Assembly: GCA_023260975.1 (NCBI GenBank)
Contig: JALQTK010000005.1
Span: 13,295 to 77,294, forward strand
Length of the DNA stretch: 64,000 bases
Source: Pseudidiomarina sp.
GTDB taxonomy: Bacteria; Pseudomonadota; Gammaproteobacteria; Enterobacterales; Alteromonadaceae
Reading direction: 5' to 3'
Part shown: piece by piece, positions 49,333 to 62,209 of the stretch
How positions within the stretch are numbered: position 1 is the stretch's first letter
How the letters are laid out: each line of letters starts with the position of its first letter
Program-made: the position numbers and the translations under genes
The notes under the pieces: generated by a model
Told to the model about the DNA's origin: nothing
The model's input: only the letters and a program-made list of their open reading frames with translations
Database searches by the model: none

Positions 49333-50289
49333 TTAGCAGTAACCAAATGACATCAGCTTGGCATAACGGCGATCGAGCAAGCTGGCCGCATCGAGAGCTT
49401 CTAATTCACTCAAATCGGTGAGGATACGATTTTTCAAGCGCGCCGCCATCGCTTCATGGTCACGATGAGCTCCGCCAATCGGCTCCTCAACAATGGTATC
49501 AATCAGCTTTAATGCTTTGCTTTTATCCGCGGTGACGCCCATAGCTTCAGCAGCCAACTCGGCTTTACTTGCACTTTTCCAGAGGATCGACGCGCAGCCT
49601 TCAGGTGAAATCACCGAGTAGGTTGAATATTGCAGCATGTTGACACGATCACCAACGCCAATAGCCAACGCACCACCCGATCCGCCCTCACCGATTACGG
49701 TGCAGATGATTGGAGTTTTCAAGCGCGCCATGACTTTTAGGTTACGCGCAATTGCTTCCGATTGACCACGCTCCTCGGCACCGATTCCTGGGTAAGCACC
49801 CGGAGTATCAATAAAGGTGATGATCGGCATTTTAAAGCGCTCTGCCATTTCCATTAAACGTAATGCTTTGCGGTAGCCCTCTGGCTTTGGCATGCCAAAG
49901 TTGCGGCGAATCTTTTCTTTGGTTTCGCGCCCTTTTTGATGGCCAATAACCATGACCGGGCGACCATCTAAACGTGCCGTACCACCGACAATCGCGCGAT
50001 CATTGGCAAATGTGCGATCGCCCGCTAATTCGTCAAAATCGGTGAACATGTGATTAATATAATCAAGGGTATAGGGGCGCGCAGGATGACGCGCCAACTG
50101 CGACACCTGCCAAGCATTTAAGTCAGCGAAGATTTTATCGACTAGCTGCTCACGCTTTTCCTGCAACTTGCCAATTTCTTCTTCAATGTTGAGGTCAAAC
50201 CCACCACGCGCGCCAACCGCCTTCAATTCTTCAATTTGGGCTTGTAGCTCAGCAATTGGTTTTTCAAATTCCAAAAAATGCAGACTCAT
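49333..50289 (-). CDS. accA: Acetyl-CoA carboxylase carboxyltransferase alpha
   Basis: [32 protein letters not shown]. Confidence 0.98.
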   Translation of the reverse strand: MSLHFLEFEKPIAELQAQIEELKAVGARGGFDLNIEEEIGKLQEKREQLVDKIFADLNAWQVSQLARHPARPYTLDYINHMFTDFDELAGDRTFANDRAIVGGTARLDGRPVMVIGHQKGRETKEKIRRNFGMPKPEGYRKALRLMEMAERFKMPIITFIDTPGAYPGIGAEERGQSEAIARNLKVMARLKTPIICTVIGEGGSGGALAIGVGDRVNMLQYSTYSVISPEGCASILWKSASKAELAAEAMGVTADKSKALKLIDTIVEEPIGGAHRDHEAMAARLKNRILTDLSELEALDAASLLDRRYAKLMSFGYC

Positions 50290-50307
50290 TATGGCTCCTG
50301 TTTGCCA

Positions 50308-53300
50308 TCAAAATTCTAGCACAACATGCTTATCACCGAATTGGACCGCCAATTCGTGCAGTAATTCATCAGCTGGGGTAACACACCATGCTGTTCCTAA
50401 CTTATATTCAGCCTGCACATCGTCACGCTGATAATGAATACGTACCGGAGTGGTGCCGTGCTGATGCGCTTGTAACAGCGCTTGCAGGCGCGCTAAACCA
50501 TTGCCTTGCAGCTGCTCTTGGCGAAGTTGCAGCAACAACCCCTTCGCATATTGCTCACGCACACCAAGCAAGGTATTCACCTCTCGTGCGGTCATTGTAT
50601 TCGCGCCAGCAAAATCATCAAAGCTGACCTCTCCTTTCACCACGATGATCTGGTCGTTTTGCAGCAGGTCATAGTGTAAATCATATTCCTGCGAATAAAA
50701 ACGAACCTGAAACCGCGCGGTTTTATCGTCTAAGGTGACTATTGCCCAACGTGAGCCTTTTTTATTTACCATAGTGCGCACATCAATAATCAAACCCGCT
50801 ACGGTAGTCACTTGATCACGCGCGGTAGGCTTCACATCAGCCAACACACAAGGCACGTAGTTGCGCAATTCACGACGGTATCGATTAATTGGGTGACCAG
50901 TTAAGTAGAGGCCTAAGGTTTCGCGCTCAAACTCCAACCACACTGCCTCTGACCACGGCGCTACCTGCTGATAAACTGGCTTACTGGCGGTATTAACCGG
51001 GTCGGCGAACATGCCGAATAAATCACTTTGGCCAACTTCTGCAGCACGGGCGGTTTGCTCGGCTTGACGCATGGCCTGTTCAAGATTAGCAAACAGTCCC
51101 GCTCGGTGTATGCCAAGTGAATCGAGTGCCCCAGCTTTAATTAACTTTTCTAAAATGCGGCGATTCAAACGCTTTAAATCAACCCGCGCACAAAAATCAT
51201 ACAGGTCACTGAAAATACCGTCCTGGCGGGCCTGCAAAATTGCCTCAATCGGACCGGCGCCAACGCCTTTAATGGCGCCAATACCATAGATAATGGTGCC
51301 ATCATCAGCGACAGTAAACTTGTATTGGCCTTTATTAATATCCGGTGGCAATAGCCGCAAGCCGAGTTGCTCGCATTCATCCACTAAGGTCACAATCTTG
51401 TCGGTGTTGTCCATATCAGCCGACATTACCGCAGCCATAAACTCGGCTGGATAATGAGTCTTCAACCACAACGTTTGGTAAGACACCAACGCATAGGCGG
51501 CTGAATGTGATTTGTTAAAACCATAACCGGCAAACTTCTCCACCAAGTCGAAGATCTTAACGGCAAGTTCCGGATCAATATTATTTTGCTTCGCGCCTTG
51601 TTCAAACACCGCCCGTTGCTTGGCCATTTCCTCAGGTTTTTTCTTGCCCATAGCACGACGCAGTAGATCGGCTTCACCGAGCGAATAACCTGCCAATACC
51701 TGGGCTATTTGCATAACCTGCTCTTGGTACAAAATGACGCCGTAGGTTGGCTCCAAAATTGGCTTCAATGAAGCGTGCTGATAGTCTTTATCGGGGTACG
51801 ACAACACCTCACGACCATGTTTACGGTCGATAAAGTTATCCACCATACCCGATTGCAATGGACCCGGACGGAATAATGCAACCAGTGCGATAATGTCCTC
51901 AAAGGTGTCGGGTAAAAGCTTCTTAATCAGCTGTTTCATGCCGGCTGATTCAAGCTGAAATACCGCTGTGGTCTGGCCTTTTTTCAGCAATTTAAAACAA
52001 TCTGGATCATCGAGTGGAATGCTTTCAATAGCAATTGCAGGCAGCTGTTGTTGCTGACGCTGTTGATTGACCATTTCCAGCGCCCATTGAATAATGGTCA
52101 GAGTGCGTAGACCCAAAAAGTCAAATTTGACCAGACCGGCTGCCTCAACATCGTTTTTATCAAATTGGGTGACCGGCTGTTTTCCCTCTTCATCACAATA
52201 GAGCGGGGAAAAATCGGTGATTTTGGTGGGTGCAATCACTACCCCACCAGCATGCTTACCGGCATTTCGAGTACAACCTTCAAGCGTGCGCGCCATATCG
52301 ATCAAATCACGCACATCCTCGTCCTGCTCGTACATTTCTTGCAGCCGCGGTTCAACCTCAAAGGCTTTCTCAAGGGTCATACCCGGGTCGTTAGGAACCA
52401 ACTTCGTTAATTTATCAACAAAGCCGTACGGATGCCCAAGTACCCGTCCAACGTCGCGAATCGCCGCTTTGGCGGCCATGGTACCGAAGGTGATAATTTG
52501 TGATACCGCCTCACGACCGTAAAGTTCAGCCACGTGGTCAATCACTTCATCACGGCGATCCATACAAAAATCGATATCAAAGTCAGGCATGGAAACCCGC
52601 TCTGGATTCAAAAATCGTTCGAATAGCAGATCGAATTGCAACGGGTCTAGATCAGTAATTTTTAACGCATAAGCCACCAAGGAACCAGCACCTGAACCAC
52701 GACCCGGACCAACCGGAATATTGTTATCTTTTGACCATTGAATAAATTCCATCACAATCAAAAAATAGCCGGCAAAACCCATATCGTTGATGACACCCAA
52801 CTCAATGGCTAAGCGCTGGTCATACTCACCGCGTTGTTGTTGTCGCTGCTGTGGCTCTGGAAATAATTGTTGCAGCCGTTGCTCGAGCCCTTGCTGCGAT
52901 TTAACGACCAAAAATTCTTCGGGCGTCATACCACCGGTGGGGAATTCCGGCAGCACATATTCATCCAATGTCACGGTGACATTGCAACGCTTAGCAATTT
53001 CCACGGTATTTTCGAGTGCTTCGGGAAGGTCAGCAAAAAGCTCGCACATTTGTTCGCTACTACGCAGATATTGCTGCTCGCTGTAAAGCTTTGGGCGTCG
53101 CTTATCATCGAGGGTGTAACCATCCGATACTGCGACTCGAATTTCATGGGCATGAAACTCGCTGGGCTGCAAGAACACCACCTCATTGGTAGCAACGACC
53201 GGTAATCCAGTTTCGCCAGCTAACATCACCGCGGCGTGAATATAGTCATTTTCCTGCGGGCGCCCGGTACGAGTCAGTTCGAGATAAAAGCGATCACTGA

Positions 53301-53814
53301 AGTACTGCTGATAAAATTCCACCAGAGCCATCACTTCAGCTTGCTTATGCTGCAATAATTTGCGCCCAATCTGACCGTCACGTCCGCCAGAGAGCAGGAT
53401 CAAGCCATCATTATGTTGTGCTAACCAGTGCCGATCAATACAGGCTCGACCATGCCGATGGCCGGCCAAATAACCGCGGCTGATCAACTGAGTGAGCTGC
53501 TGATAGCCATTATTATTCATCGCCAGTACGGTCAATCTGGTCAGCCCTTCATCGGGCTCGTCAGCATCTAATACCCACAGATCACAACCAATAATTGGTT
53601 TTAGACCGAGTTTATGACTGCTGCGATAAAACCGTACTAAACCGCATAAATTCATTTGGTCGGTTAGCGCCAGCGCCGGCATACCGAGCTTAGCACTGGC
53701 CTCGCAAATGGCGTTGACCTTGTACAGGCCATCAATCATGGAGAAGTCACTATGCACGCGCAAATGCACAAATGCTGGCGCAGCAGTGGCGGTTTGCTCG
53801 GGGGATTCAGTCAT
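50308..53814 (-). CDS. dnaE: DNA polymerase III alpha subunit
   Basis: PHP domain [38 protein letters not shown]-terminal OB fold. No intein seen. Confidence 0.99.
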   Translation of the reverse strand: MTESPEQTATAAPAFVHLRVHSDFSMIDGLYKVNAICEASAKLGMPALALTDQMNLCGLVRFYRSSHKLGLKPIIGCDLWVLDADEPDEGLTRLTVLAMNNNGYQQLTQLISRGYLAGHRHGRACIDRHWLAQHNDGLILLSGGRDGQIGRKLLQHKQAEVMALVEFYQQYFSDRFYLELTRTGRPQENDYIHAAVMLAGETGLPVVATNEVVFLQPSEFHAHEIRVAVSDGYTLDDKRRPKLYSEQQYLRSSEQMCELFADLPEALENTVEIAKRCNVTVTLDEYVLPEFPTGGMTPEEFLVVKSQQGLEQRLQQLFPEPQQRQQQRGEYDQRLAIELGVINDMGFAGYFLIVMEFIQWSKDNNIPVGPGRGSGAGSLVAYALKITDLDPLQFDLLFERFLNPERVSMPDFDIDFCMDRRDEVIDHVAELYGREAVSQIITFGTMAAKAAIRDVGRVLGHPYGFVDKLTKLVPNDPGMTLEKAFEVEPRLQEMYEQDEDVRDLIDMARTLEGCTRNAGKHAGGVVIAPTKITDFSPLYCDEEGKQPVTQFDKNDVEAAGLVKFDFLGLRTLTIIQWALEMVNQQRQQQQLPAIAIESIPLDDPDCFKLLKKGQTTAVFQLESAGMKQLIKKLLPDTFEDIIALVALFRPGPLQSGMVDNFIDRKHGREVLSYPDKDYQHASLKPILEPTYGVILYQEQVMQIAQVLAGYSLGEADLLRRAMGKKKPEEMAKQRAVFEQGAKQNNIDPELAVKIFDLVEKFAGYGFNKSHSAAYALVSYQTLWLKTHYPAEFMAAVMSADMDNTDKIVTLVDECEQLGLRLLPPDINKGQYKFTVADDGTIIYGIGAIKGVGAGPIEAILQARQDGIFSDLYDFCARVDLKRLNRRILEKLIKAGALDSLGIHRAGLFANLEQAMRQAEQTARAAEVGQSDLFGMFADPVNTASKPVYQQVAPWSEAVWLEFERETLGLYLTGHPINRYRRELRNYVPCVLADVKPTARDQVTTVAGLIIDVRTMVNKKGSRWAIVTLDDKTARFQVRFYSQEYDLHYDLLQNDQIIVVKGEVSFDDFAGANTMTAREVNTLLGVREQYAKGLLLQLRQEQLQGNGLARLQALLQAHQHGTTPVRIHYQRDDVQAEYKLGTAWCVTPADELLHELAVQFGDKHVVLEF

Positions 53815-53909
53815 ATCACGCTATCAACATTGTAGTGGCTGCAAGGAATGAGCTATTGTGCCGCATGGTCACCAGCTTGTCATTAGCAGTGACACACTTA
53901 TTGACGGCT

Positions 53910-54671
53910 TTACCTGCAAGCACCTGTTAGCTGTGGAACGACAATAAAGCCGCTGTCGTCAGCACCAAAAACTAGACTTTGCTGCACTTGGTGATACGCC
54001 GCAATCAGCACACACAGCAGTGCATCCAAACCATCTTCATTAGCCTTGAGGGCTGCCCCGTTGAGTCGAACACTGCCAGCAGTATCAAGCAGTTGTTGTT
54101 TAATCGGCGCCGCGAAATCGAGCTTGATCGGGCTATTGTGCTGCAAACCGAGCAGCAACCGAGCGAGCTGCTGCTGACCGCTGCGGCGCGCTGCAACATC
54201 GCCTTTTTTATAGGCCAACCGATAAGGTAGCTGAAATAGCTCTAATAACGCTGCGTGAGGGTAACATTCAATTTGCCATGGCTGGCTAATCACGCGCGCC
54301 GGACGAGTGCCGGCATGCTGGTAACCATGGTCCAATAAACTGTGGCTTAACTGCAGGCTCTGACAATCCGCCCAAAGATTTAAATTGGCCGGGTAACAGG
54401 CAACCCCACGACTTCCATAAGCGCTGATAATCGCCCGTTCACAAGCACGCATACCGGTTTGATTGGTGATTATAGTGGGACCATCTATGGCAACACCATA
54501 AACCTGCTCATCAAGCAGTTGCTGAGCCATATCAGCAACACTGAAAGACCCATGAACCAGTCGCTCAATGAATAACCGATTGGCGTGCAGTTGGCCATAA
54601 GCCAGTGCTGATTTATTACCAGCGCGCCAGGCAATATCGATACCAGCGAGGCGCCCTGCCAATGCCATCAC
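53910..54671 (-). CDS. DUF429 family protein (predicted RNase H-fold nuclease)
   Basis: GIDIAW, AIDGP, R.CE, IECYPH, YK and D.LDALLC motifs. Confidence 0.8.
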   Translation of the reverse strand: MMALAGRLAGIDIAWRAGNKSALAYGQLHANRLFIERLVHGSFSVADMAQQLLDEQVYGVAIDGPTIITNQTGMRACERAIISAYGSRGVACYPANLNLWADCQSLQLSHSLLDHGYQHAGTRPARVISQPWQIECYPHAALLELFQLPYRLAYKKGDVAARRSGQQQLARLLLGLQHNSPIKLDFAAPIKQQLLDTAGSVRLNGAALKANEDGLDALLCVLIAAYHQVQQSLVFGADDSGFIVVPQLTGACR

Positions 54672-54673
54672 AA

Positions 54674-54916
54674 TTACTCGTCGTTGCTACCAATGAAGGC
54701 TTCAATACCCTCTTCATCAATAGCTGCCTTGGCTTCATCTAAGGCATCTTGATCCGATTCAAATTCATCTTCCCACAGCGTCGAATTATTGGCGGCATCG
54801 ACAATCTCCAAAATCCAACCGCCGTGGTCACCACGATAAATATCTACTTGCACGGTGTGACCGTTTTGACTGATGGCTTGTGTTAACGGGCTTTGCTCAA
54901 ATTCTTGTTCGCTCAT
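54674..54916 (-). CDS. Small, highly acidic hypothetical protein (80 aa)
   Basis: GAG RBS-like element, stop 2 nt before the DUF429 start; 21 D/E versus 2 K/R. Confidence 0.8.
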   Translation of the reverse strand: MSEQEFEQSPLTQAISQNGHTVQVDIYRGDHGGWILEIVDAANNSTLWEDEFESDQDALDEAKAAIDEEGIEAFIGSNDE

Positions 54917-54962
54917 AACTTACTCACTTTAGTGAAATTCACAATGGCTGCTAGTTTAACAG

Positions 54963-54996
54963 AAAAAAAGCCCGCGACTATCGCTAGTCACGGGCC
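54963..54996 (-). terminator. Intrinsic terminator after icd
   Basis: GCCCGCGACTA-TCGC-TAGTCACGGGC hairpin preceded by A7 on + strand. Confidence 0.85.
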
Positions 54997-55032
54997 TTAC
55001 CGATAAATTATTTGCCATGCGAAACTGTCAGC

Positions 55033-57279
<2,247 letters not shown>

Positions 57280-57306
57280 TCAGCAAAAATTGGGCTAAAT
57301 TGTAGC

Positions 57307-57337
57307 AAAAAAAAGGCAGACCATAAAGATCTGCCTT
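57307..57337 (-). terminator. Intrinsic terminator after dcp
   Basis: AAGGCAGA-loop-TCTGCCTT with an A8 run on + strand. Confidence 0.8.
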
Positions 57338-57362
57338 GTTCATGCTGCGCTTAACAAACGCT

Positions 57363-59540
57363 TTACTGATCGAGCTTAGGCGCGGTTAAACCGCGGCGCT
57401 CGAGTAACGCTTCTACCGTTGGCTCTTGACCACGGAAGTTAATATATTGCTGCATGGGATCAATACTATTGCCCTTGGATAACACGGCATCACGCAAAGC
57501 TTGGCCATTTTCTAACGTCAAGCCACCACGATTAGCCATAAATTTAAAGGCATCAGCAGCCAATACTTCAGACCACATGTAGGCGTAATAACCGGCTGAA
57601 TAACCACCGGCGAAAATGTGGGCAAAATATGCTGATTTATAGCGCGGTGGTACCGCTGCCACATCAACGCCATTAGCCTGCAGTGCTGCAGCTTCAAAAG
57701 CAGCAACATCATCAATGTTGGCTTCGTCAACCGACAAGGTGTGGTATTCAAAGTCTAACAACGCAGCTGAAATGTACTCTAAGGTGTCAAAGCCTTGGTT
57801 AAAGTTCTTCGCAGCCAACACTTTAGCTAACAAATCGGCTGGGATTTGCTCACCAGTTTCATAATGTTTGGCGAAGTTAGCGATAACTTTCGGATCCAAC
57901 ATCCAGTCTTCTTGGAAGGTTGATGGGAATTCAACATAATCCCGTGATACAGAGGTACCAGCGAGTGATGGATACATCACGTCAGAGAACATGCCGTGTA
58001 AGGCATGACCCATTTCATGGAACATGGTGCTGACTTCGTCAAAACTCAGTAATGTTGGTTGACCTTCTGGCGCTTTACGAATGTTCATGTTGTTTAAAAT
58101 AACCGGCTTAGTGCCCAACAAGTGATTCTGGCCAACAAATGAACTCATCCAAGCACCGCCGCGCTTACCATCGCGAGTAAACCAGTCGCCATAGAATAAA
58201 CCAAGCGTTTTACCGTCAACGTCTTTCACTTCGTAAACATAGACATCATCGGCATAAACTGGAATATCATCGCGTTTATGGAAGGTAATACCGAACAATT
58301 CGGTCATCGCATAATAAACACCGTCTTCAACCACACGGTTGAATTCGAAATACTTTTTAACTTCGTTTTGATCAATTGCGTACTTCTCTGCGCGTACTTT
58401 TTCGGCGTAGTAAAACCAATCCCATGGTTGTACTTCAAAGTCACCACCTTGGGCGTTAATCATTGCCTGAATTTCAGCTTGCTCGGCAGCCACGTTACTG
58501 ACCACTGCAGGGACTAAATCACGCAACATTTTTTGCGCTGCAGCTGGAGTACCCGCCATACTTTGTGCCAGCGTGAACGCACCCCAGTTGTCATAGCCTA
58601 ATAATTTTGCCCGTTCAGCGCGTAATTTGGTCAATTTTGCCACCAACGGACGGTTATCAGTGGCACTATTACCTAAACCACGGTTCGCTGAAGCTTCCCA
58701 AATACGCTGACGCAGCTCACGATTCTCTAACACTTCAAGAATTGCTTGGCGGGTGGTGTTGCTCAAACGGATAACATACTTGCCTTCATGACCGGCGTTT
58801 TTAGCGGCCGCAGCAAAACCAGCAATTTGGTTGGCGCTGGCACCGGCCAATTCGGCTTCACTATCGACGATAATCAGATTCTCATCGACCAAGGTCATCA
58901 AGTTGCGTGAAAATTGCGTCGTTAACGACGACATCTCGCTATTGATTTCGCGGATCCGCACTTGCTCTTGTTCATTCAAACGCGCGCCGGCACGAACAAA
59001 GCTGGTATAGGTATCTTCAACCAAGCGTAATGCTTCGCCACTGAGCGAATCACGATTAGCATAGATTGCTTCTACACGCGCGAACAAAGCCGGATTGAGC
59101 ATAATGTTGTCACGATGAGCAGCCCACTTCGGTGCTAATTCAGCCTGTAAGTTGCGAATATCGTCGTTACTGTTCGAGCCGGCAATGTTACCAAATACGG
59201 AACTAACTCGACTCAACAAACGGCCTGATTTTTCCATCGCCACAATAGTATTTTCAAAGCTTGGCGCTTCACTGTTGTTCGCAATAGCCTCGATCTCGGC
59301 GGCTTGCTCGGCCATGCCGGCATATATGGCTGGGCGATAATGTTCAAATTTTATCGCATTAAAATCAGGTGCCATGTACGGCAACGTGCTGGCTTGATAA
59401 AATGGGTTGGCTTGGTTGAATTGCGCAGCAATCTGCTCGCTAGTTTGACTTTCATTCATGGTTTGAGTGGCTTCTTTGTCTGAACAAGCAACCAGCGCAA
59501 CACTAGCGCCAATTGCAATGGCGATGAGGCTCATACGCAT
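57363..59540 (-). CDS. dcp: M3 family peptidyl-dipeptidase Dcp-like, lipoprotein
   Basis: KRGGAWM, HEMGH, DYVEFPS, GYSAGYY; lipobox LVAC; AAGGAG RBS. Confidence 0.9.
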   Translation of the reverse strand: MRMSLIAIAIGASVALVACSDKEATQTMNESQTSEQIAAQFNQANPFYQASTLPYMAPDFNAIKFEHYRPAIYAGMAEQAAEIEAIANNSEAPSFENTIVAMEKSGRLLSRVSSVFGNIAGSNSNDDIRNLQAELAPKWAAHRDNIMLNPALFARVEAIYANRDSLSGEALRLVEDTYTSFVRAGARLNEQEQVRIREINSEMSSLTTQFSRNLMTLVDENLIIVDSEAELAGASANQIAGFAAAAKNAGHEGKYVIRLSNTTRQAILEVLENRELRQRIWEASANRGLGNSATDNRPLVAKLTKLRAERAKLLGYDNWGAFTLAQSMAGTPAAAQKMLRDLVPAVVSNVAAEQAEIQAMINAQGGDFEVQPWDWFYYAEKVRAEKYAIDQNEVKKYFEFNRVVEDGVYYAMTELFGITFHKRDDIPVYADDVYVYEVKDVDGKTLGLFYGDWFTRDGKRGGAWMSSFVGQNHLLGTKPVILNNMNIRKAPEGQPTLLSFDEVSTMFHEMGHALHGMFSDVMYPSLAGTSVSRDYVEFPSTFQEDWMLDPKVIANFAKHYETGEQIPADLLAKVLAAKNFNQGFDTLEYISAALLDFEYHTLSVDEANIDDVAAFEAAALQANGVDVAAVPPRYKSAYFAHIFAGGYSAGYYAYMWSEVLAADAFKFMANRGGLTLENGQALRDAVLSKGNSIDPMQQYINFRGQEPTVEALLERRGLTAPKLDQ

Positions 59541-59577
59541 AATCAATTCTCCTTGGTGTATTTAGGTAATACCTCAT

Positions 59578-59610
59578 ACTGTACTCGCCCAGTGTGCTTG
59601 ACTCAAGCAC
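59578..59610 (-). promoter_or_regulatory. Putative dcp promoter with palindrome over the -35
   Basis: TTGAGT-N17-TACAGT on the minus strand; perfect GTGCTTGA-C-TCAAGCAC palindrome at 59594-59610 overlaps the -35. Confidence 0.5.
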
Positions 59611-59818
59611 CATTCGCAGCAGAAAGCCGGCGCTTGAACCGATTTGTGCGCTCATTTAGGCCACTTCTATTACAGCAATCAAGGGTAACAGGCCGAATCG
59701 ACTGCGCGCTTTATCGCAACTTGGATTACTGCCATCAACCGAGACTGCAAATTCACGGCATGGCGAGGGGCGATCGGCGTAGATGCGACAGCAATAGAAT
59801 TATGGAAGACAAAAGAAA

Positions 59819-59895
59819 TGGCGGAACGGACGGGACTCGAACCCGCGACCCCCGGCGTGACAGGCCGGTATTCTAACCAACTGAACTACCGCTCC
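59819..59895 (-). tRNA. tRNA-Asp (GUC)
   Basis: GGAGCGGTAGTTCAGTTGGTTAGAATACCGGCCTGTCACGCCGGGGGTCGCGGGTTCGAGTCCCGTCCGTTCCGCCA, 77 nt. Confidence 0.98.
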
Positions 59896-59934
59896 GCAGC
59901 GGTTTTGATAACCTTCTTCACACTGTTGGAAAAT

Positions 59935-60011
59935 TGGCGGAACGGACGGGACTCGAACCCGCGACCCCCGGCGTGACAGGCCGGTATTCTAACCAACTGA
60001 ACTACCGCTCC
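59935..60011 (-). tRNA. tRNA-Asp (GUC), identical copy
   Basis: Identical 77-nt sequence, 39 nt upstream of the other copy. Confidence 0.98.
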
Positions 60012-60061
60012 AAATCTTCCAAAACAAGCCAAATGGTATGGTGGCCTGCAGTGCGGAGCGA

Positions 60062-60090
60062 ATATTACGAGCGCGCCTGATTGGCGTCAA
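60062..60090 (-). promoter_or_regulatory. Stable-RNA sigma70 promoter of the tRNA-Asp pair
   Basis: TTGACG-N17-TAATAT, GC-rich discriminator, upstream A-tract (UP-like). Confidence 0.8.
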
Positions 60091-60135
60091 CCTTTTTTTG
60101 CAGTATTTATTTTGTTTGCTGGAATTGTGAACAAA

Positions 60136-60834
60136 CTACGAATGCCAAAGTGCTTGCTGAATAATTTTTAAACGTTCCGCATGCGCTTGTTGTTCATTAT
60201 CATCGGCGCGAATCACTCGTAATGCCGGCTTATTGGTTATCGGCGTCCAGCCATTTGAACTCGTCCCACTTTGATTGGCTCCTTGGCTCGCCAATGCTAA
60301 TTTAGTTTGCCCGCCGGTCATGGCTAAATAAACCTCAGCCAGCAGCTCAGCATCTAATAAGGCACCATGAAAATTACGATTGGCGTTATCAACGCCGAAG
60401 GCTCGACATAACGCGTCTAAGTTATTTTTTTGCCCAGGGCGCATATCACGCGCTAATTTCAAGGTATCCAACACCGAACACAAGTCGCGTGTAAGCGCAG
60501 TGTCTGCTCGCCATAACTTAAATTCGTGGTCGATGAAACCAACATCAAAAGCGGCATTGTGAATAACCAGTTCAGCACCTTCAATAAAGTCGATAAATTT
60601 ATCGGCAACTTGCGCAAACACTGGTTTATCTTGCAAGAATTCATTACTGATCCCGTGTATTGCAATGGCTTCTTGTTCGACTAAGCGCTGTGGGTTCAGA
60701 TAGACATGAAAGGTATTGCCGGTAAGTTTTCGGCCAATCAATTCGACCGCGCCAATTTCGATCACGCGATGACCCTGGGCTGGGTCTAAACCGGTTGTTT
60801 CGGTATCAAGTACAATTTGGCGATGATGATTCAT
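60136..60834 (-). CDS. dnaQ: DNA polymerase III epsilon subunit
   Basis: LDTETTG, HNAAFD, HGALLDA (DEDDh). Confidence 0.97.
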   Translation of the reverse strand: MNHHRQIVLDTETTGLDPAQGHRVIEIGAVELIGRKLTGNTFHVYLNPQRLVEQEAIAIHGISNEFLQDKPVFAQVADKFIDFIEGAELVIHNAAFDVGFIDHEFKLWRADTALTRDLCSVLDTLKLARDMRPGQKNNLDALCRAFGVDNANRNFHGALLDAELLAEVYLAMTGGQTKLALASQGANQSGTSSNGWTPITNKPALRVIRADDNEQQAHAERLKIIQQALWHS

Positions 60835-60914
60835 AGAGCATTGTTCGACTGGCTGCGATGGTGTAGCTTATCTTCACCGATAACGTCAGATGATTCAACG
60901 GATACTGCGCTTAT

Positions 60915-61388
60915 ATGCGAGAGAAAGTCGTACATATTTACACCGATGGCTCGTGCCTTGGTAATCCTGGACCAGGTGGCTACGGGGTTATTATTGAGTA
61001 CGGCGAAGTACACAAAGAGCTGTCAGCCGGCTTTCGGCTTACTACCAATAACCGCATGGAGCTATTAGCGGTGATTGTCGGCTTAGAGGCGCTGAAACGC
61101 CCCTGTAGCGTGGTGGTTACCTCAGATAGTGAATACATGCGCCAAGGTATTACCAATTGGATCAAGGGCTGGCAAAAAAATGGTTGGCGTACAGCGGCAA
61201 AAAAACCAGTAAAAAATGCTGACCTGTGGCAGCGTTTGTTAACTGCGACGTCAGCACATACTATTCGCTGGGATTGGGTTAAAGGGCATGCTGGACATCC
61301 GCAGAATGAGCGCTGCGATGTGTTAGCACGAAACGCCGCGGAAGCCTCCCCACAGAGCGCCGATAGCGGTTATCAAGCTGAGCTCTAG
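60915..61388 (+). CDS. rnhA: Ribonuclease HI
   Basis: [46 protein letters not shown]. Confidence 0.98.
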   Translation: MREKVVHIYTDGSCLGNPGPGGYGVIIEYGEVHKELSAGFRLTTNNRMELLAVIVGLEALKRPCSVVVTSDSEYMRQGITNWIKGWQKNGWRTAAKKPVKNADLWQRLLTATSAHTIRWDWVKGHAGHPQNERCDVLARNAAEASPQSADSGYQAEL

Positions 61389-62125
61389 TCGACCCCATCA
61401 GCATGGCGATTGGCGACCGGCAAAGCAGCCCCCTGTGGTGCTTTACGCCAGCGTTTTTGCCGCACCATGGTGAGCGGATAATGGCGTTTACGGGCCACTA
61501 ATAAATACATACTACCGACCATGGGGAGCGCTCGACTCAACCAAGACAAGCCGCTGGTCGGGTTAGGTAACGCATCAATTAATAAGCTTGGCGCAATATA
61601 CTCGCTGGCAATCAGCTCAAAATTCAATAACGCCAACCAATCGCTCACCCGAGCGCGACTGAAATAGCGCCCGTGCCATGGATAACTATCAATACGACCT
61701 GGCCACATGCCGGTCCATAAAGCCGGGCTAAGCGGATTCATACCAACCAGTATTAAGTAGCCATCAGCAATTAAACTATGACTCGCCTCACGCAATAATT
61801 GATGCGGATCGGAGTCATATTCAAGTTGATTAATCATCACTATGGCGTCGAGTGTATGTTCGGCAAATGGCCAATGATGAAGATCAGTGATAACCTCAGC
61901 AGGAGCTTGTGCTTGCAGACTAAACTGGTGGTTAACCCGCAGTTCAGGTAAGGCTAGGTCCGCTGCGAGCGCACCAACACGGGCTAGATGATAACCAAAT
62001 ATTTTCGCACAATGTGGCGCTAGCGCCCGACTAACTTGGTCGCGCAGCCAATGACCGTGGGGCAGATCACTCCACTGCTTTGGTGCTGGCACAGTGAATT
62101 CGCGAAGTGCCGGTTTGATCATCAT
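61385..62125 (-). CDS. yafS: SAM-dependent methyltransferase-like protein (YafS)
   Basis: [16 protein letters not shown] and DWL.LLNFE motifs; conserved position between rnhA and gloB. Confidence 0.85.
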   Translation of the reverse strand: MMIKPALREFTVPAPKQWSDLPHGHWLRDQVSRALAPHCAKIFGYHLARVGALAADLALPELRVNHQFSLQAQAPAEVITDLHHWPFAEHTLDAIVMINQLEYDSDPHQLLREASHSLIADGYLILVGMNPLSPALWTGMWPGRIDSYPWHGRYFSRARVSDWLALLNFELIASEYIAPSLLIDALPNPTSGLSWLSRALPMVGSMYLLVARKRHYPLTMVRQKRWRKAPQGAALPVANRHADGVD

Positions 62126-62209
62126 AATGCTTAGTAACTCGCTCTCTGAATCAATGATTTAACAGTGGCGTGCAAGCGACTCTGTTGACCGTAAACAGCA
62201 GGTGTTTTT

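Noticed and set aside
50308-53814. Intein or split in dnaE
   Set aside because: Length (1168 aa) and motifs are continuous and ordinary.
59553-59876. 107-aa + strand ORF
   Set aside because: Antisense to tRNA-Asp and the dcp promoter; its C-terminus is the translated tRNA reverse complement.
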